NCBI GenBank assembly: GCA_045561195.1
Contig: JBJKYE010000038.1
Coordinates: 1-41,126 of the forward strand
DNA from: Gammaproteobacteria bacterium
Lineage (GTDB): Bacteria > Pseudomonadota > Gammaproteobacteria > GCA-002705445 > GCA-002716945
Length of the DNA: 41,126 nt
Reading direction: 5' to 3'
This document shows, one piece after another, positions 8,214 through 18,554 of the stretch. The notes beneath the pieces are model-generated. The model ran no database searches. It was not told the origin of the DNA and saw nothing but the letters and a program-made list of their open reading frames with translations. Every line of letters begins with the position of its first letter. The first letter of the stretch is position 1. Position numbers and translations under genes: made by a program.

Positions 8214-10978
8214 TAGCCAAGTTTTCTCTGTTCACCATCAGCATAGACATTGCTATGACATCTGGAACATAAAAGAGGGTGTTGTTCAATCGTACCTACT
8301 GTCTCACTCATATGCCAGCATCGCTCACATTTTGGGTTATTATTTTTTTCTACTAGAATCTCTATTTCATTATTTTTAAATCTGGAGTTTAAATTACAGT
8401 CAGATGTAATAAAGATAAATTTTAGTTCATGTTTATAGCTACTAAGGAGATCATATGTTTTATCATCCACGTTTAAGTGGATAGTGGCTTCTAATGATGA
8501 TCCAATTATATCGTTATTCCTAGCCTCATCTAGTTTTTTTGAAACTAACTGCTTTAATGCAAATAACTTATTACCAACTTTATTTTCATTATCATCTATT
8601 AAGAATTCATCATTTACCCATTCATCTAAAAATACTGAATCGAACTTTCTATCACTGATCTGTTGATAAACTTCTTCTGCAGTAAACGATAAAATAGGAG
8701 CTATCCAAATATTCATCATTTTTAAAATATTGTAACAAACATATTGACTAGCTCTCCTTGGGCCACCATCAACTTTAGATGTATATAATCTATCTTTAAT
8801 TATATCTAAGTAATATCCTCCTAGTTGAATAGTGCAGAAATTTTGTATGTCTTGAACTATCTGATGGAACTTAAATTCATCATAATTTCTTCTGACAGAT
8901 ATTTGCAGTATTTGTGCTTGATTGAGTATCCATCTATCAACCAATGTTAACTCATCAGGAGTTTTATTATTTTTATTTGAATAATCAGATATATTAGACA
9001 ATAAAAACTTTATTGTATTTCTGATTCGCCTGTATCCTTCTGACGCTCTTTTTAAGATTTCTTCAGATATATGCATTTCTTTTGTGTAATCTGTAGTTGC
9101 AACCCATAATCTTAAAATATCCGAGCCTTTGCTCTTTATAATACTTTGCGGCGCTATTACGTTGCCTTGTGACTTAGACATTTTTTGTCCATTAGCATCA
9201 ACTACAAAACCATGAGTTAAAACATTTTTATATGGAGGCTTATCCATAATTGCCATACCTGTTATGAGTGATGACTGAAACCAACCCCTATGTTGATCTG
9301 ATCCTTCTAAATACAAATCAGCTGTATCTCCTAAACCTCTCTGCTTCATGACAGCAATATGAGAAACACCAGAGTCAAACCATACATCTAGTGTATCAGT
9401 GACCATGTAATACTCATCCGGATTATTGATAAGTTTACTTTTGTCAAAATCGAACCATCCTTCGATATTTTCTCTAGAAATTATATCTGCAACTTTATCT
9501 AAGATCTTAGAAGTATCTATATGTAGTTCGCTGGTTTCTTTGTTAACGAATAGTGGAATTGGTACTCCCCAAAATCTCTGTCTAGAAATACACCAGTCAG
9601 GTCTATTTTTAATCATATTTTTGATGCGATCATAACCCCAGCTGGGGACCCAGTTCACTTTATCTAAATTATCATTTATTTTTTTTCTCAAGGATCCTTG
9701 ATCCATGCTAACAAACCACTGAGGCGTTGCTCTGAAAATTAGAGGAGTCTTGAATCGCCAGCAATGCGGGTAGCTATGATTATATTTCTCATGATGAAGG
9801 ATTTTATCATTATCTATTAGACATTTGATGATAGGATCATTCGCTTTCCTGACATGGAGACCGCCAAATAGTTCAAGACTTTCGATAAATATACCCTTAT
9901 CATTTACTGGATTAAAAACTTCAAGATTATTTTCGAGACCTGCTATATAGTCATCTTGTCCATGACCAGGAGCAATATGAACCAAGCCGGTTCCATTTTC
10001 AGTTGTAACATGGTCAGCAGTTATGATTGGGACTACTTTATTATAAAATGGATGTTCTGACTGAAATCCTAACAGGGAATCTCCTGTAAATTTTTTGATA
10101 AAATCTTTTGGCGCTATTTCATCTAGGGCTTTTTTAAAAAAATTGTCCACTAGATCTTCGGCTATAATCACATATTTATCTTTTATTTTCACTAAAACAT
10201 AATCTATGTTGCTACCGATAGCTATTGCTTGATTAGCTGGTAAAGTCCAAGGTGTAGTAGTCCAGATACAACAATATATATCTCCTTTTAAATCTTCTAA
10301 TGAGAAAATTTTCTTGAATTCATTTTGATCAGAAATTTTAAATAGAATATCCACTGCATCTGACACTAGATCTTTGTATTCAACCTCTGCCTCAGCTAAT
10401 GCAGATTCAGATTCAATACACCAATGTACTGGCTTAGAACCATGATAAATATGATTATTTTTTAGAATACTTGAAAAACTTTTCACAACTGATGCTTCAA
10501 AATCTTTATCCATACTGGTATATGGGTTTTCCCAGTCAGCAACTACACCAAGTCTAATAAAATCTATTTTTTGTTTATTAATTTGTTTTGAAGCATATTC
10601 TCTACATGCTTTTCTAAATGCATTCTTATTATCTTTAAATTTAGATTTGCCATACTTTTTTTCTACCATTAGCTCTATAGGCAATCCATGACAATCCCAT
10701 CCAGGAATGAGAGGCGCATTAAAGCCAGAAAAGGTTTTACTTTTAGTAACAATATCTTTTAGGACTTTATTTACAGCATGACCTATATGTATATCGCCAT
10801 TAGCATACGGAGGCCCATCATGGAGGATATAATCATCAGATTTAGCATGCTTATCACGAATCTTCTTATACAAATTGATTTTATCCCAAAATTTTAAAAT
10901 ATCTGGCTCTCTTTGAGGCAAGTTAGCCTTCATCGGAAACTTAGTGCTTGGTAGGTTTAATGTATCCTTATAGTTCAT
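8213..10978 (-). CDS. ileS: Isoleucine-tRNA ligase (type 1)
   Basis: GPPYANGDIHIGH, WTTTPWT, DWCISRQR, KMSKS and C-terminal CERC..CSRC zinc site. Confidence 0.98.
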   Translation of the reverse strand: MNYKDTLNLPSTKFPMKANLPQREPDILKFWDKINLYKKIRDKHAKSDDYILHDGPPYANGDIHIGHAVNKVLKDIVTKSKTFSGFNAPLIPGWDCHGLPIELMVEKKYGKSKFKDNKNAFRKACREYASKQINKQKIDFIRLGVVADWENPYTSMDKDFEASVVKSFSSILKNNHIYHGSKPVHWCIESESALAEAEVEYKDLVSDAVDILFKISDQNEFKKIFSLEDLKGDIYCCIWTTTPWTLPANQAIAIGSNIDYVLVKIKDKYVIIAEDLVDNFFKKALDEIAPKDFIKKFTGDSLLGFQSEHPFYNKVVPIITADHVTTENGTGLVHIAPGHGQDDYIAGLENNLEVFNPVNDKGIFIESLELFGGLHVRKANDPIIKCLIDNDKILHHEKYNHSYPHCWRFKTPLIFRATPQWFVSMDQGSLRKKINDNLDKVNWVPSWGYDRIKNMIKNRPDWCISRQRFWGVPIPLFVNKETSELHIDTSKILDKVADIISRENIEGWFDFDKSKLINNPDEYYMVTDTLDVWFDSGVSHIAVMKQRGLGDTADLYLEGSDQHRGWFQSSLITGMAIMDKPPYKNVLTHGFVVDANGQKMSKSQGNVIAPQSIIKSKGSDILRLWVATTDYTKEMHISEEILKRASEGYRRIRNTIKFLLSNISDYSNKNNKTPDELTLVDRWILNQAQILQISVRRNYDEFKFHQIVQDIQNFCTIQLGGYYLDIIKDRLYTSKVDGGPRRASQYVCYNILKMMNIWIAPILSFTAEEVYQQISDRKFDSVFLDEWVNDEFLIDDNENKVGNKLFALKQLVSKKLDEARNNDIIGSSLEATIHLNVDDKTYDLLSSYKHELKFIFITSDCNLNSRFKNNEIEILVEKNNNPKCERCWHMSETVGTIEQHPLLCSRCHSNVYADGEQRKLG

Positions 10979-11897
10979 ATAAATCCTTTAATAAAATTTC
11001 TGCTGTCTTTTTATCTTTATTCATTTGTTCAATTAATTCATCCTGATTATCAAATTTGATCTGATCTCGGATCTTATCTATAAATATCACTTTTAATTGT
11101 TTTCCATATATATCAGATTCAAAATCTAAGATATTTACTTCTAACACATGGTCTAAACCGGAAAATGTCGGCTTATTTCCCCAGCTAGCTAGACCAAATA
11201 ATTTTTTATCTTCAAATAAAATATTGACTAAAAATATACCATTTATTGGATAAGATTTATATATTTCTATATTAGCGGTTGGATAACCAAGTCTTCTTCC
11301 TCTTTTTTCACCATGAATAACTTCACCTGATAATGAAAAAGGCATGGCTAATAATTGGTTGGCTTCTTTAATTTTTCCATTTTTTATTAATATTCGTATA
11401 TCTCTACTAGATATCTTATCGTTTGATATTTTGACTAGATCTAACGACAGCAGATTATAATCGCCTAGTTCACTATATTTTTGGAGAAGTTTTATGTTAC
11501 CCATTCGTTTGTATCCAAATTTAAAATCCTTACCAACAATTAAATATTTCAATGATAATTTCTCAATCAATATCTCTTTTATAAATATATTTTCATTAAT
11601 TTCCGAAAAACTTTTATCAAAAGGTATAACAATTACCTGCTCTACCCCTAATCCTTCGAAAACTTTGTATTTATCAGACATTTCCATCAATCTAAAAAAA
11701 TCGTTAGCTTTGAAATATTCTTCAGGCATTTGGTTAAATGTTAATATAGTTGGTACTAAATTATTTTCTTTTGCAATCCGAACAGTCTCTTTGACTAACT
11801 CAATATGACCCTTATGCATACCATCAAAATTACCGATTGATATGCAATTGTTGCTAGTTGTTTTTTCTATATTATTAATATCTTTTATTATTATCAT
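10968..11897 (-). CDS. ribF: Riboflavin kinase / FAD synthetase
   Basis: IGNFDGMHKGH, ISSRDIR and GRRLGYPTAN motifs. Confidence 0.96.
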   Translation of the reverse strand: MIIIKDINNIEKTTSNNCISIGNFDGMHKGHIELVKETVRIAKENNLVPTILTFNQMPEEYFKANDFFRLMEMSDKYKVFEGLGVEQVIVIPFDKSFSEINENIFIKEILIEKLSLKYLIVGKDFKFGYKRMGNIKLLQKYSELGDYNLLSLDLVKISNDKISSRDIRILIKNGKIKEANQLLAMPFSLSGEVIHGEKRGRRLGYPTANIEIYKSYPINGIFLVNILFEDKKLFGLASWGNKPTFSGLDHVLEVNILDFESDIYGKQLKVIFIDKIRDQIKFDNQDELIEQMNKDKKTAEILLKDLYEL

Positions 11898-13468
11898 GAG
11901 AGAGATTTCTTAAATTTATAGCCAAGGATATACATTGAAATAATATAAACTAATCCGCCCATAATGATATATAAGCCTAGCAATAAGCCCCTGATATAAT
12001 ATTCATTTTTAGCAAGCTCTATTGGTTCAATTAAAATACTTCCTAAAATCACCAACATTATTATACAACTTACTATTGAAATAAATGGCTCTTTATTAAA
12101 AATATTAGAGTTATAGATTACTTCATCTTTTTTTAATCTCAAGTATAGCAAGATCACCTGAATCCAGGCAGACAAAGATGTTGCTAAAGCTAGCATGGCA
12201 TGCGCCCCATCAAAGGGATTAGATAAATAATACAGAACAACTATCGTATTCATGAATATGTTAAATGCTACAGCTATCAGCCCATACTTAACTGGCGTTT
12301 TAGTATTTTGTCTTGAGAAAAAACCTGTTAGCAAAACTTTCATTAAGATAAAAGCTGGCAAGCCAAGAGAATAAGCCACTAAACTAAGAGAGCTCATATT
12401 TGTATCATTGTTGGTAAAACTTCCATACTGGAATAGACTCATGATTATATGATCAGATAACAGTATTAGACCAAACATTGCAGGCAGACTAAAGATCAAA
12501 ACAACTTTTAATGAATTAGATAAGGTATTTTTAAAACCAATCATATCCTTTGAGGAATATTTCGCAGATAAAAGAGGCAAGATAACTGTTGCAATTGCAA
12601 TACCAAATACACCTAAGGGAAATTCAACCAACCTGTCTGAATAATAAAGCCAGCTTATACTGCCTGGGGCTAGCATTGATGCGACAATAGAATCCACAAT
12701 CAAATTAATTTGAACAACAGCAGTACCCACTATTGCGGGTAGCATCAATTTAAGGACTTTATTGACGCCAATGAAACTAAAATTTATTCTTGGCATCACT
12801 AGAAGGTTCATCTTGTATAGGAAAGGCAGCTGAATAAAATATTGAATTATTCCTGCAATTAAAACACCATAAGCTAGAGACATTATAGGCGTATAAGACA
12901 AATGAGAAGAATATATAGTTGCAGTTATCAGGGATATATTTAGAAGAACTGGTGTAATTGACGGCAGCAAAAACTTATCATATGTATTAAAGATTCCTGC
13001 ATACATCGCAGTTAATGAAATAAAGAATAAATAGGGGAAAGTAATTTTTAGCATATCAGAAGCAAGTGCATACCGTATATCATATTCAGTAAAACCAGGT
13101 GCAAAAATATTAATAATATTCTCTGAAAAAACTATCCCTAATAGAGTTATAAAGAATAATATTAATCCAAGATTACCTTGTATGTAACTAATTAATTTTT
13201 TCACCTCTAAGGGTTTTGTCGTTTTGTACTCATTTAATATAGGGACAAAAGATTGAATAAATGCACCTTCAGCAAATAATCTTCTAAAAAAGTTTGGGAT
13301 CTTAAATGCAACGAAAAAGGCATCTGTATTAGAGGATGCTCCAAATACATTTGCGAAAATAATATCCCTTATAAATCCAGAAACCCTGGATATAAATGTC
13401 ATCCCACCTACTATAAAAGATGATTTAACTACAGAATTCCTAGTATTTGCCTTGTTTTGGTCGATCAT
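11894..13468 (-). CDS. murJ: Lipid II flippase MurJ (MviN)
   Basis: SRVSGFIRD, DAFFVAFKIPNFFRRLFAEGAF and YYSDRLVEFPLG motifs. Confidence 0.96.
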   Translation of the reverse strand: MIDQNKANTRNSVVKSSFIVGGMTFISRVSGFIRDIIFANVFGASSNTDAFFVAFKIPNFFRRLFAEGAFIQSFVPILNEYKTTKPLEVKKLISYIQGNLGLILFFITLLGIVFSENIINIFAPGFTEYDIRYALASDMLKITFPYLFFISLTAMYAGIFNTYDKFLLPSITPVLLNISLITATIYSSHLSYTPIMSLAYGVLIAGIIQYFIQLPFLYKMNLLVMPRINFSFIGVNKVLKLMLPAIVGTAVVQINLIVDSIVASMLAPGSISWLYYSDRLVEFPLGVFGIAIATVILPLLSAKYSSKDMIGFKNTLSNSLKVVLIFSLPAMFGLILLSDHIIMSLFQYGSFTNNDTNMSSLSLVAYSLGLPAFILMKVLLTGFFSRQNTKTPVKYGLIAVAFNIFMNTIVVLYYLSNPFDGAHAMLALATSLSAWIQVILLYLRLKKDEVIYNSNIFNKEPFISIVSCIIMLVILGSILIEPIELAKNEYYIRGLLLGLYIIMGGLVYIISMYILGYKFKKSLS

Positions 13469-13481
13469 TCGTATCTAAATG

Positions 13482-13510
13482 TTGACAGTAATCCCCTTCA
13501 CTGAGATAAT
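13482..13510 (+). promoter_or_regulatory. sigma70 promoter of rpsT
   Basis: TTGACA (13482-13487), 17-bp spacer, GATAAT (13505-13510) with an upstream TG. Confidence 0.75.
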
Positions 13511-13546
13511 CTTGTTTTATTTTACCTTTAATTGGAGAAGATTACA

Positions 13547-13810
13547 TTGGCAAATACACCACAAGCAAGAAAAAGAGTTAGGCAAGCAGTTAAGGCTCGA
13601 ACAAGAAATGCTGCTCAGAAATCTAATTTTAGATCTAGCATCAAGAAGGTTCTGAAATCTTTGGCTGAGAAAAATAAAGATCAATCCAATGCTAATTTTA
13701 AAGAAGCTATGTCTATAATGGATAAATTAGTTATCAAAGGTTTAATCCATAAAAACAAAGCAGCTAGACACAAGTCACGTCTTAATAAACATATACAAAA
13801 ATTATCCTAG
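13547..13810 (+). CDS. rpsT: 30S ribosomal protein S20
   Basis: ANTPQARKRVRQ...GLIHKNKAARHKSRL. TTG start at 13547 follows a GGAG RBS; divergent from murJ. Confidence 0.97.
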   Translation: MANTPQARKRVRQAVKARTRNAAQKSNFRSSIKKVLKSLAEKNKDQSNANFKEAMSIMDKLVIKGLIHKNKAARHKSRLNKHIQKLS

Positions 13811-13812
13811 AT

Positions 13813-14589
13813 CTATTTTTCTGACTTGAAATAAGTACCAACTTTCTCATTAGAGAGTATTCTCTTTACGACATCACTTTCTAATCCTGAAGCAATAATT
13901 GCGTCAATACCATTTTCAGAAATCATATTAACTGCTTGTAATTTAGTTTTAAAACCACCAGTTCCTAGGTCGCTTTTTTCATGAGAATTATACTCATCAA
14001 TATTAATATCTTTTATATTACAGTTTTCAATCAATTTAGCATCGTTATGTTTATCTGGATTCTTATTATAAAAACCTGATTGGTTAGTCAGAATTATCAT
14101 GAGATCAGCATCAATGAGATTTGCAACCATAGCAGCAAGTTTATCATTATCTCCAAACCTTATCTCTTCTGTAGCTACAACATCATTTTCATTAATTATA
14201 GGAATAACATTTAAAAGAAGAAGTTTCTCAATCGTTGCTTTTGCATTCATGTATCTCCCATGATCATTCATATCATCATGAGTAAGAAGTACTTGTGCAA
14301 TTAATCTATTAAAATTATTAAAATATTTTTCATATAAACCCATCAATTGCTGTTGTCCAATTGCAGCTAATGCTTGGAGAGACTCAAGATCTTTTGGTTT
14401 ATTATTGATATTGAGTATATTCATACCTTGGCTAATTGCGCCAGATGTAACAATAATAAATTGAGTGTTTTTACTCAGAGCAGATACCTGTCTCGTTAAA
14501 TTTTCTATAATTTCTAAGGATGCAGAATTACTCTCACTGATAAGAGCACTGCCAATCTTTAGTACAACTTTATTATATTTTTTCATCAC
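13813..14589 (-). CDS. proB: Glutamate 5-kinase (short form, no PUA domain)
   Basis: VVLKIGSA, VTSGAI, PIINEND, FGDNDKL and GTGGFKTKL; 258 aa; downstream of obgE. Confidence 0.93.
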   Translation of the reverse strand: MMKKYNKVVLKIGSALISESNSASLEIIENLTRQVSALSKNTQFIIVTSGAISQGMNILNINNKPKDLESLQALAAIGQQQLMGLYEKYFNNFNRLIAQVLLTHDDMNDHGRYMNAKATIEKLLLLNVIPIINENDVVATEEIRFGDNDKLAAMVANLIDADLMIILTNQSGFYNKNPDKHNDAKLIENCNIKDINIDEYNSHEKSDLGTGGFKTKLQAVNMISENGIDAIIASGLESDVVKRILSNEKVGTYFKSEK

Positions 14590-15592
14590 TCATCTCATCT
14601 CTTAAATATTCAATTATATCTTCACATAAATTATTTAATCCTATACCTTCAATAGCAGAAGTATAGTATTTGTTTGATTGAATTGCATCCTTTGCATATT
14701 TCTTTAATCCCTCTAGTTCTTGTTGACTAAGAACATCTATTTTATTGAACACATACCATTTATCTTTTTTACTTAGATCCTGATCATAATCTTTTAATTC
14801 TTTTGCTATCATGTCAACATCTTTCATTATTTGATCTAGTTTGTTTTTCGATACGTCAATAACATGAAGCAACAACCGTGTACGAGATATATGTTTAAGA
14901 AACTGAATCCCTAAACCAGCTCCTGTTGATGCACCAACAATTAAACCAGGTAAATCTGCTACCACAAATTTTTCATAATCGCTTATAAGTACAACCCCAA
15001 GATTTGGGTGGATTGTGGTGAATGCATAGTTTGCTATCTTTGGTTTAGCCATACTAACAGCAGCAAGTATCGAGCTCTTCCCAACATTTGGTAACCCAAT
15101 TAGACCAACATCAGCAAGAACTTTTAGCACAATTTTGAGTTGCCTTTCTTCGCCGACTTTTCCGTCAGTAGTTTTTCTTGGCGCTCGATTAGTTGAGGTT
15201 TTAAATCTTGCATTACCAAGACCAAATTCTCCACCTGAGGCAATAACTATTGATTGGCCATCTTTTTCTAGATCACAGATCAATTCTTCTGTATCTAGAT
15301 CATAAATTACACTACCAGCTGGTAGTTGTATAACTAGATCATCGCCAGATCGACCTTTTTTATTTTTACCTCCACCGGTTTTACCATTAGGTGCGATAAA
15401 TTTACTTCTATTTCTAAAGTCGGCAAGAGTATTAAGTCCATCTTTAGCCTTAATAATAACAGAGCCACCTTGACCTCCATCACCACCATCAGGACCACCA
15501 AAGGGTATATACTTTTCTCTTCTAAAGCTTAGACAACCATTACCACCATTACCAGCTTTAACCAATATTATGGTTTCATCTATAAATTTCAT
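14573..15592 (-). CDS. obgE: GTPase ObgE/CgtA
   Basis: Gly-rich Obg fold (GNGGNGCLSFRREKYIPFGGPDGGDGG), GLPNVGKS, DLPG and NKID. Confidence 0.97.
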   Translation of the reverse strand: MKFIDETIILVKAGNGGNGCLSFRREKYIPFGGPDGGDGGQGGSVIIKAKDGLNTLADFRNRSKFIAPNGKTGGGKNKKGRSGDDLVIQLPAGSVIYDLDTEELICDLEKDGQSIVIASGGEFGLGNARFKTSTNRAPRKTTDGKVGEERQLKIVLKVLADVGLIGLPNVGKSSILAAVSMAKPKIANYAFTTIHPNLGVVLISDYEKFVVADLPGLIVGASTGAGLGIQFLKHISRTRLLLHVIDVSKNKLDQIMKDVDMIAKELKDYDQDLSKKDKWYVFNKIDVLSQQELEGLKKYAKDAIQSNKYYTSAIEGIGLNNLCEDIIEYLRDEMSDEKI

Positions 15593-15610
15593 ATTATTTG
15601 ACTGAGGGTT

Positions 15611-15877
15611 TTAGATATTTTTTGTCGGTAAGACACTAACAAACTTATGTTTGCCTAGACCTTTTTTTTGAAAAGTAACGTATCCATCTGCTTTAGCGAA
15701 TAAGGTGTGGTCTTTACCGCAGCCTACGTTAGTTCCTGCTTTTACCGGCGTGCCTCTTTGACGAATAATGATATTGCCAGCCTTAACAAACTCGCTACCA
15801 TATTTTTTTACTCCAAGTCTTTTGGACTCCGAATCTCTTCCGTTCTTGGTGCTACCGCCTGCTTTTTTATGAGCCAT
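15611..15877 (-). CDS. rpmA: 50S ribosomal protein L27
   Basis: [22 protein letters not shown]. Confidence 0.98.
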   Translation of the reverse strand: MAHKKAGGSTKNGRDSESKRLGVKKYGSEFVKAGNIIIRQRGTPVKAGTNVGCGKDHTLFAKADGYVTFQKKGLGKHKFVSVLPTKNI

Positions 15878-15886
15878 TTTTTTACC

Positions 15887-16186
15887 TTATTTAATTTTTT
15901 CTATTTTGACTTCTGTAAAGTCTTGTCTATGACCATGTGATCTCATATAGTGTTTTCTACGTTTAAATTTTACTACACGAATTTTTTTATATCTACCATG
16001 TTTTTGTATGGTACCCGTTACCTTGATCTTTGACCCTGAAATCATTGAATTTTTATCATCAAAAGCCATCAAGACATCATCAAAAGATACAGCTGTTCCT
16101 TCAGGAGAAGATATTAGATCTACTTTGATAGAATCTCCTTCAGTTACCTTATACTGTTGACAGCCATTTTTGATTATTGCGTACAT
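15887..16186 (-). CDS. rplU: 50S ribosomal protein L21
   Basis: MYAIIKNGCQQYKV...GHRQDFT; upstream of rpmA. Confidence 0.97.
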   Translation of the reverse strand: MYAIIKNGCQQYKVTEGDSIKVDLISSPEGTAVSFDDVLMAFDDKNSMISGSKIKVTGTIQKHGRYKKIRVVKFKRRKHYMRSHGHRQDFTEVKIEKIK

Positions 16187-16318
16187 CTCTTTACCTTTAA
16201 AACCAATGATTCTAACTTGTATTTAGTATTTAATAAATACTTTTATCACTATAATTCATATATTTCGTATTTTCTTGTAGAACTAGTACTTTTAGCTATC
16301 TATCTGTAATATATGAGA

Positions 16319-17284
16319 ATGACAATTGTATCAATAAATAAGCTCTTATCAAGTGAATTAGGGGCCCTAGATGACCAGTTAAAAGCTAGATCTCAAACCA
16401 AAGTAGAGATGATAAATACGCTAAGTGATCATATAATTTCCAGTGGGGGCAAACGGTTAAGACCTATAGTTTTGATGCTTTCAGCATATGCCTCAGATCC
16501 AAAAGTCCAAGAAAAAGTCATAGATGCGTCAGTGGTGGTTGAATTTATACATGCAGCAACTTTGTTACATGATGATGTGGTTGACATGTCAAAAATCAGA
16601 CATAGCAAAGATACTGCGAATATAATTTGGGGAAATAAAGGAGCGGTATTGGTTGGTGATTTTTTATATTCTAGAGCTTTTGAGATAATAGTGGAAATAA
16701 ATAGATCACTTGTTTATGAAACTCTGGCAAAAACTACCAATATCATCGCTCAAGGAGAAGTTCTGCAGCTCATGAATGTAGGCAATATTGATTTAGATGA
16801 AGAATTATATCTCGATATTATTTATAGGAAAACTGCAATATTATTCGAAGCCTCAGCAAAAATAGGCTCAATACTGAGCGATGACAAATATTCTGAGAAC
16901 CTTGCATCTTTTGGTTTACATTTTGGCAAAGCTTATCAGCTAAGAAATGATTATCTTGACTATTTTGGTGATTCTGAAAAAACTGGCAAGAATGCAATCG
17001 AGGATCTTTATGAGGGAAAAGCTACTATGCCTGTCATACACTCACTTAGGAATGCTAATAAAAGCGATCAGGATTTTCTTCGAGAATCTTATGCTAATAG
17101 TGAAAACATAGATGGTAATGCTTTCATTAAATTACTCAAAAAGTATAAATCTGATAAATATATTGAAGAAAAAATAAATAAAGAAACTAAGTTAGCAATT
17201 TCATCTTTAGATAGTCTTAATTCAAGTAAATATAAAGAGGGGCTTATAAAACTCGCAGAATTCTGCCAACAGAGAACTAGTTAA
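16319..17284 (+). CDS. ispB: Polyprenyl (octaprenyl) diphosphate synthase
   Basis: GGKRLRP, first Asp-rich motif LHDDVVD and second motif LRNDYLD; divergent from rplU as in gammaproteobacteria. Start is 16313 or 16319. Confidence 0.9.
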   Translation: MTIVSINKLLSSELGALDDQLKARSQTKVEMINTLSDHIISSGGKRLRPIVLMLSAYASDPKVQEKVIDASVVVEFIHAATLLHDDVVDMSKIRHSKDTANIIWGNKGAVLVGDFLYSRAFEIIVEINRSLVYETLAKTTNIIAQGEVLQLMNVGNIDLDEELYLDIIYRKTAILFEASAKIGSILSDDKYSENLASFGLHFGKAYQLRNDYLDYFGDSEKTGKNAIEDLYEGKATMPVIHSLRNANKSDQDFLRESYANSENIDGNAFIKLLKKYKSDKYIEEKINKETKLAISSLDSLNSSKYKEGLIKLAEFCQQRTS

Positions 17285-18380
17285 GATATACGTTAGGCTT
17301 ACCCATTATTTCAGTTAACGTTTTTCCTGTAGAGTAGCCGTTCATGAATTTTTTACCTAATCCTAGTTTCATCATCCAGTAACTAATTCTTGGATAGCCA
17401 TATAAAATTTTTGAACCCTTACGATATAATTTCAACTCTTGGGTAAATGAATCCAAAAAATTATTATAAAGCTGATTAGCACTATGTGAGCTATGCTTAC
17501 TATCAACTATGGCTTTTGCTACATATTTGCCGGAGATAATAGCATTATAGATCCCCTCTCCTAAAAGAGATTCCGCAAAACCCGCTGCATCACCAACTAA
17601 AAAAATGTTATCCTTTGCCTTATAACCATCTCCTTCGGTACCTATTGGGAAGGCTGTTATATTTTTTATCTTGTCTGTTTGGAAGTATTGAGAAACAAAA
17701 CTGAACAAATCTTTCTTTGAAATTTTTTTTGAGTTTTTGTTAGGTATGAGGTTACCTATACCAACATTATAATGTTTGCCTTTAGGGAAGATCCAAGCAT
17801 ACCCAGACTTGTTAAATATAAATTCTGTCACATATTTTGAATCATTTTTCTCAACAATCCCCTCATACGCATACACTGGGGTTTTATATTTTAGATCTGA
17901 GGTGAGTTTTCTTACAGTGCTGTTAGCGCCATCAGCCCCTATTAAATAATCAGTCTCATAAGTTTTTCCATCAACTTCCAAAATTACTTTATTTTGAAAA
18001 TTAGTAATTTGTTTTATTTTATCTACTTTTTGAAATACTGCCCCTTTCTTAATTGTTTGTTCAAAAAAATATGCATCAAATTTATCTCGAATTACCATCA
18101 CACACGAACCATTATCATGAGATAAACTTACCTCTTTACTGCCCCCAAAGTTAAATTTCATCTTTCTAGCTGTATGTTCTATCAAATGATCTATATTAAT
18201 TGGTAAATGTCTTAGAGTCTTCATTGTGATTCCTCCTGCGCATGGTTTATGTCGAGGAAATGCTGATTTATCCATTACTAGAACTTTCTTTCCAGCATCA
18301 AGTAGTTGATGGGCGCATGAGCAGCCTGACGGACCTGCGCCTATGATAATTACATCAAAAGAATTATTTACTTGATCCAT
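17277..18380 (-). CDS. Geranylgeranyl reductase family FAD-dependent oxidoreductase
   Basis: IIGAGPSG, FPRHKPCAGG, IGADGANS, GYAWIFP and LVGDAAG...GEGIYNA. Confidence 0.85.
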   Translation of the reverse strand: MDQVNNSFDVIIIGAGPSGCSCAHQLLDAGKKVLVMDKSAFPRHKPCAGGITMKTLRHLPINIDHLIEHTARKMKFNFGGSKEVSLSHDNGSCVMVIRDKFDAYFFEQTIKKGAVFQKVDKIKQITNFQNKVILEVDGKTYETDYLIGADGANSTVRKLTSDLKYKTPVYAYEGIVEKNDSKYVTEFIFNKSGYAWIFPKGKHYNVGIGNLIPNKNSKKISKKDLFSFVSQYFQTDKIKNITAFPIGTEGDGYKAKDNIFLVGDAAGFAESLLGEGIYNAIISGKYVAKAIVDSKHSSHSANQLYNNFLDSFTQELKLYRKGSKILYGYPRISYWMMKLGLGKKFMNGYSTGKTLTEIMGKPNVYLN

Positions 18381-18410
18381 AATAGTGCATATTTGTTTTA
18401 TATAAGTGCA
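18373..18410 (+). promoter_or_regulatory. Two putative NtrC-type enhancer sites, 21 bp apart
   Basis: TGATCC-N5-AGTGCA (18373-18389) and TGTTTT-N5-AGTGCA (18394-18410), compared with consensus TGCACC-N5-GGTGCA; ~130-165 bp upstream of the predicted amtB start site. Confidence 0.55.
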
Positions 18411-18511
18411 ACAGTTTTACCATATACACTAAAAAAATTTTATGTGTCCATGATTTCATTTTTTTATTAATAATTCAAAGGCTTTATATTATTTTAGTAA
18501 ATGCTCCAATT

Positions 18512-18527
18512 TGGCACACTTTGTGCA
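18512..18527 (+). promoter_or_regulatory. sigma54 (-24/-12) promoter of amtB
   Basis: TGGCACACTTTGTGCA has exact GG-N10-GC spacing. Predicted +1 ~18538, just before RBS AGGAG (18542). Confidence 0.85.
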
Positions 18528-18554
18528 TGTATTTGGACAACAGGAGATTTAAAA

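Noticed and set aside
18501-18554. Longer amtB N-terminus from the ORF track
   Set aside because: It would begin upstream of the sigma54 promoter. The AGGAG RBS supports the ATG at 18555.
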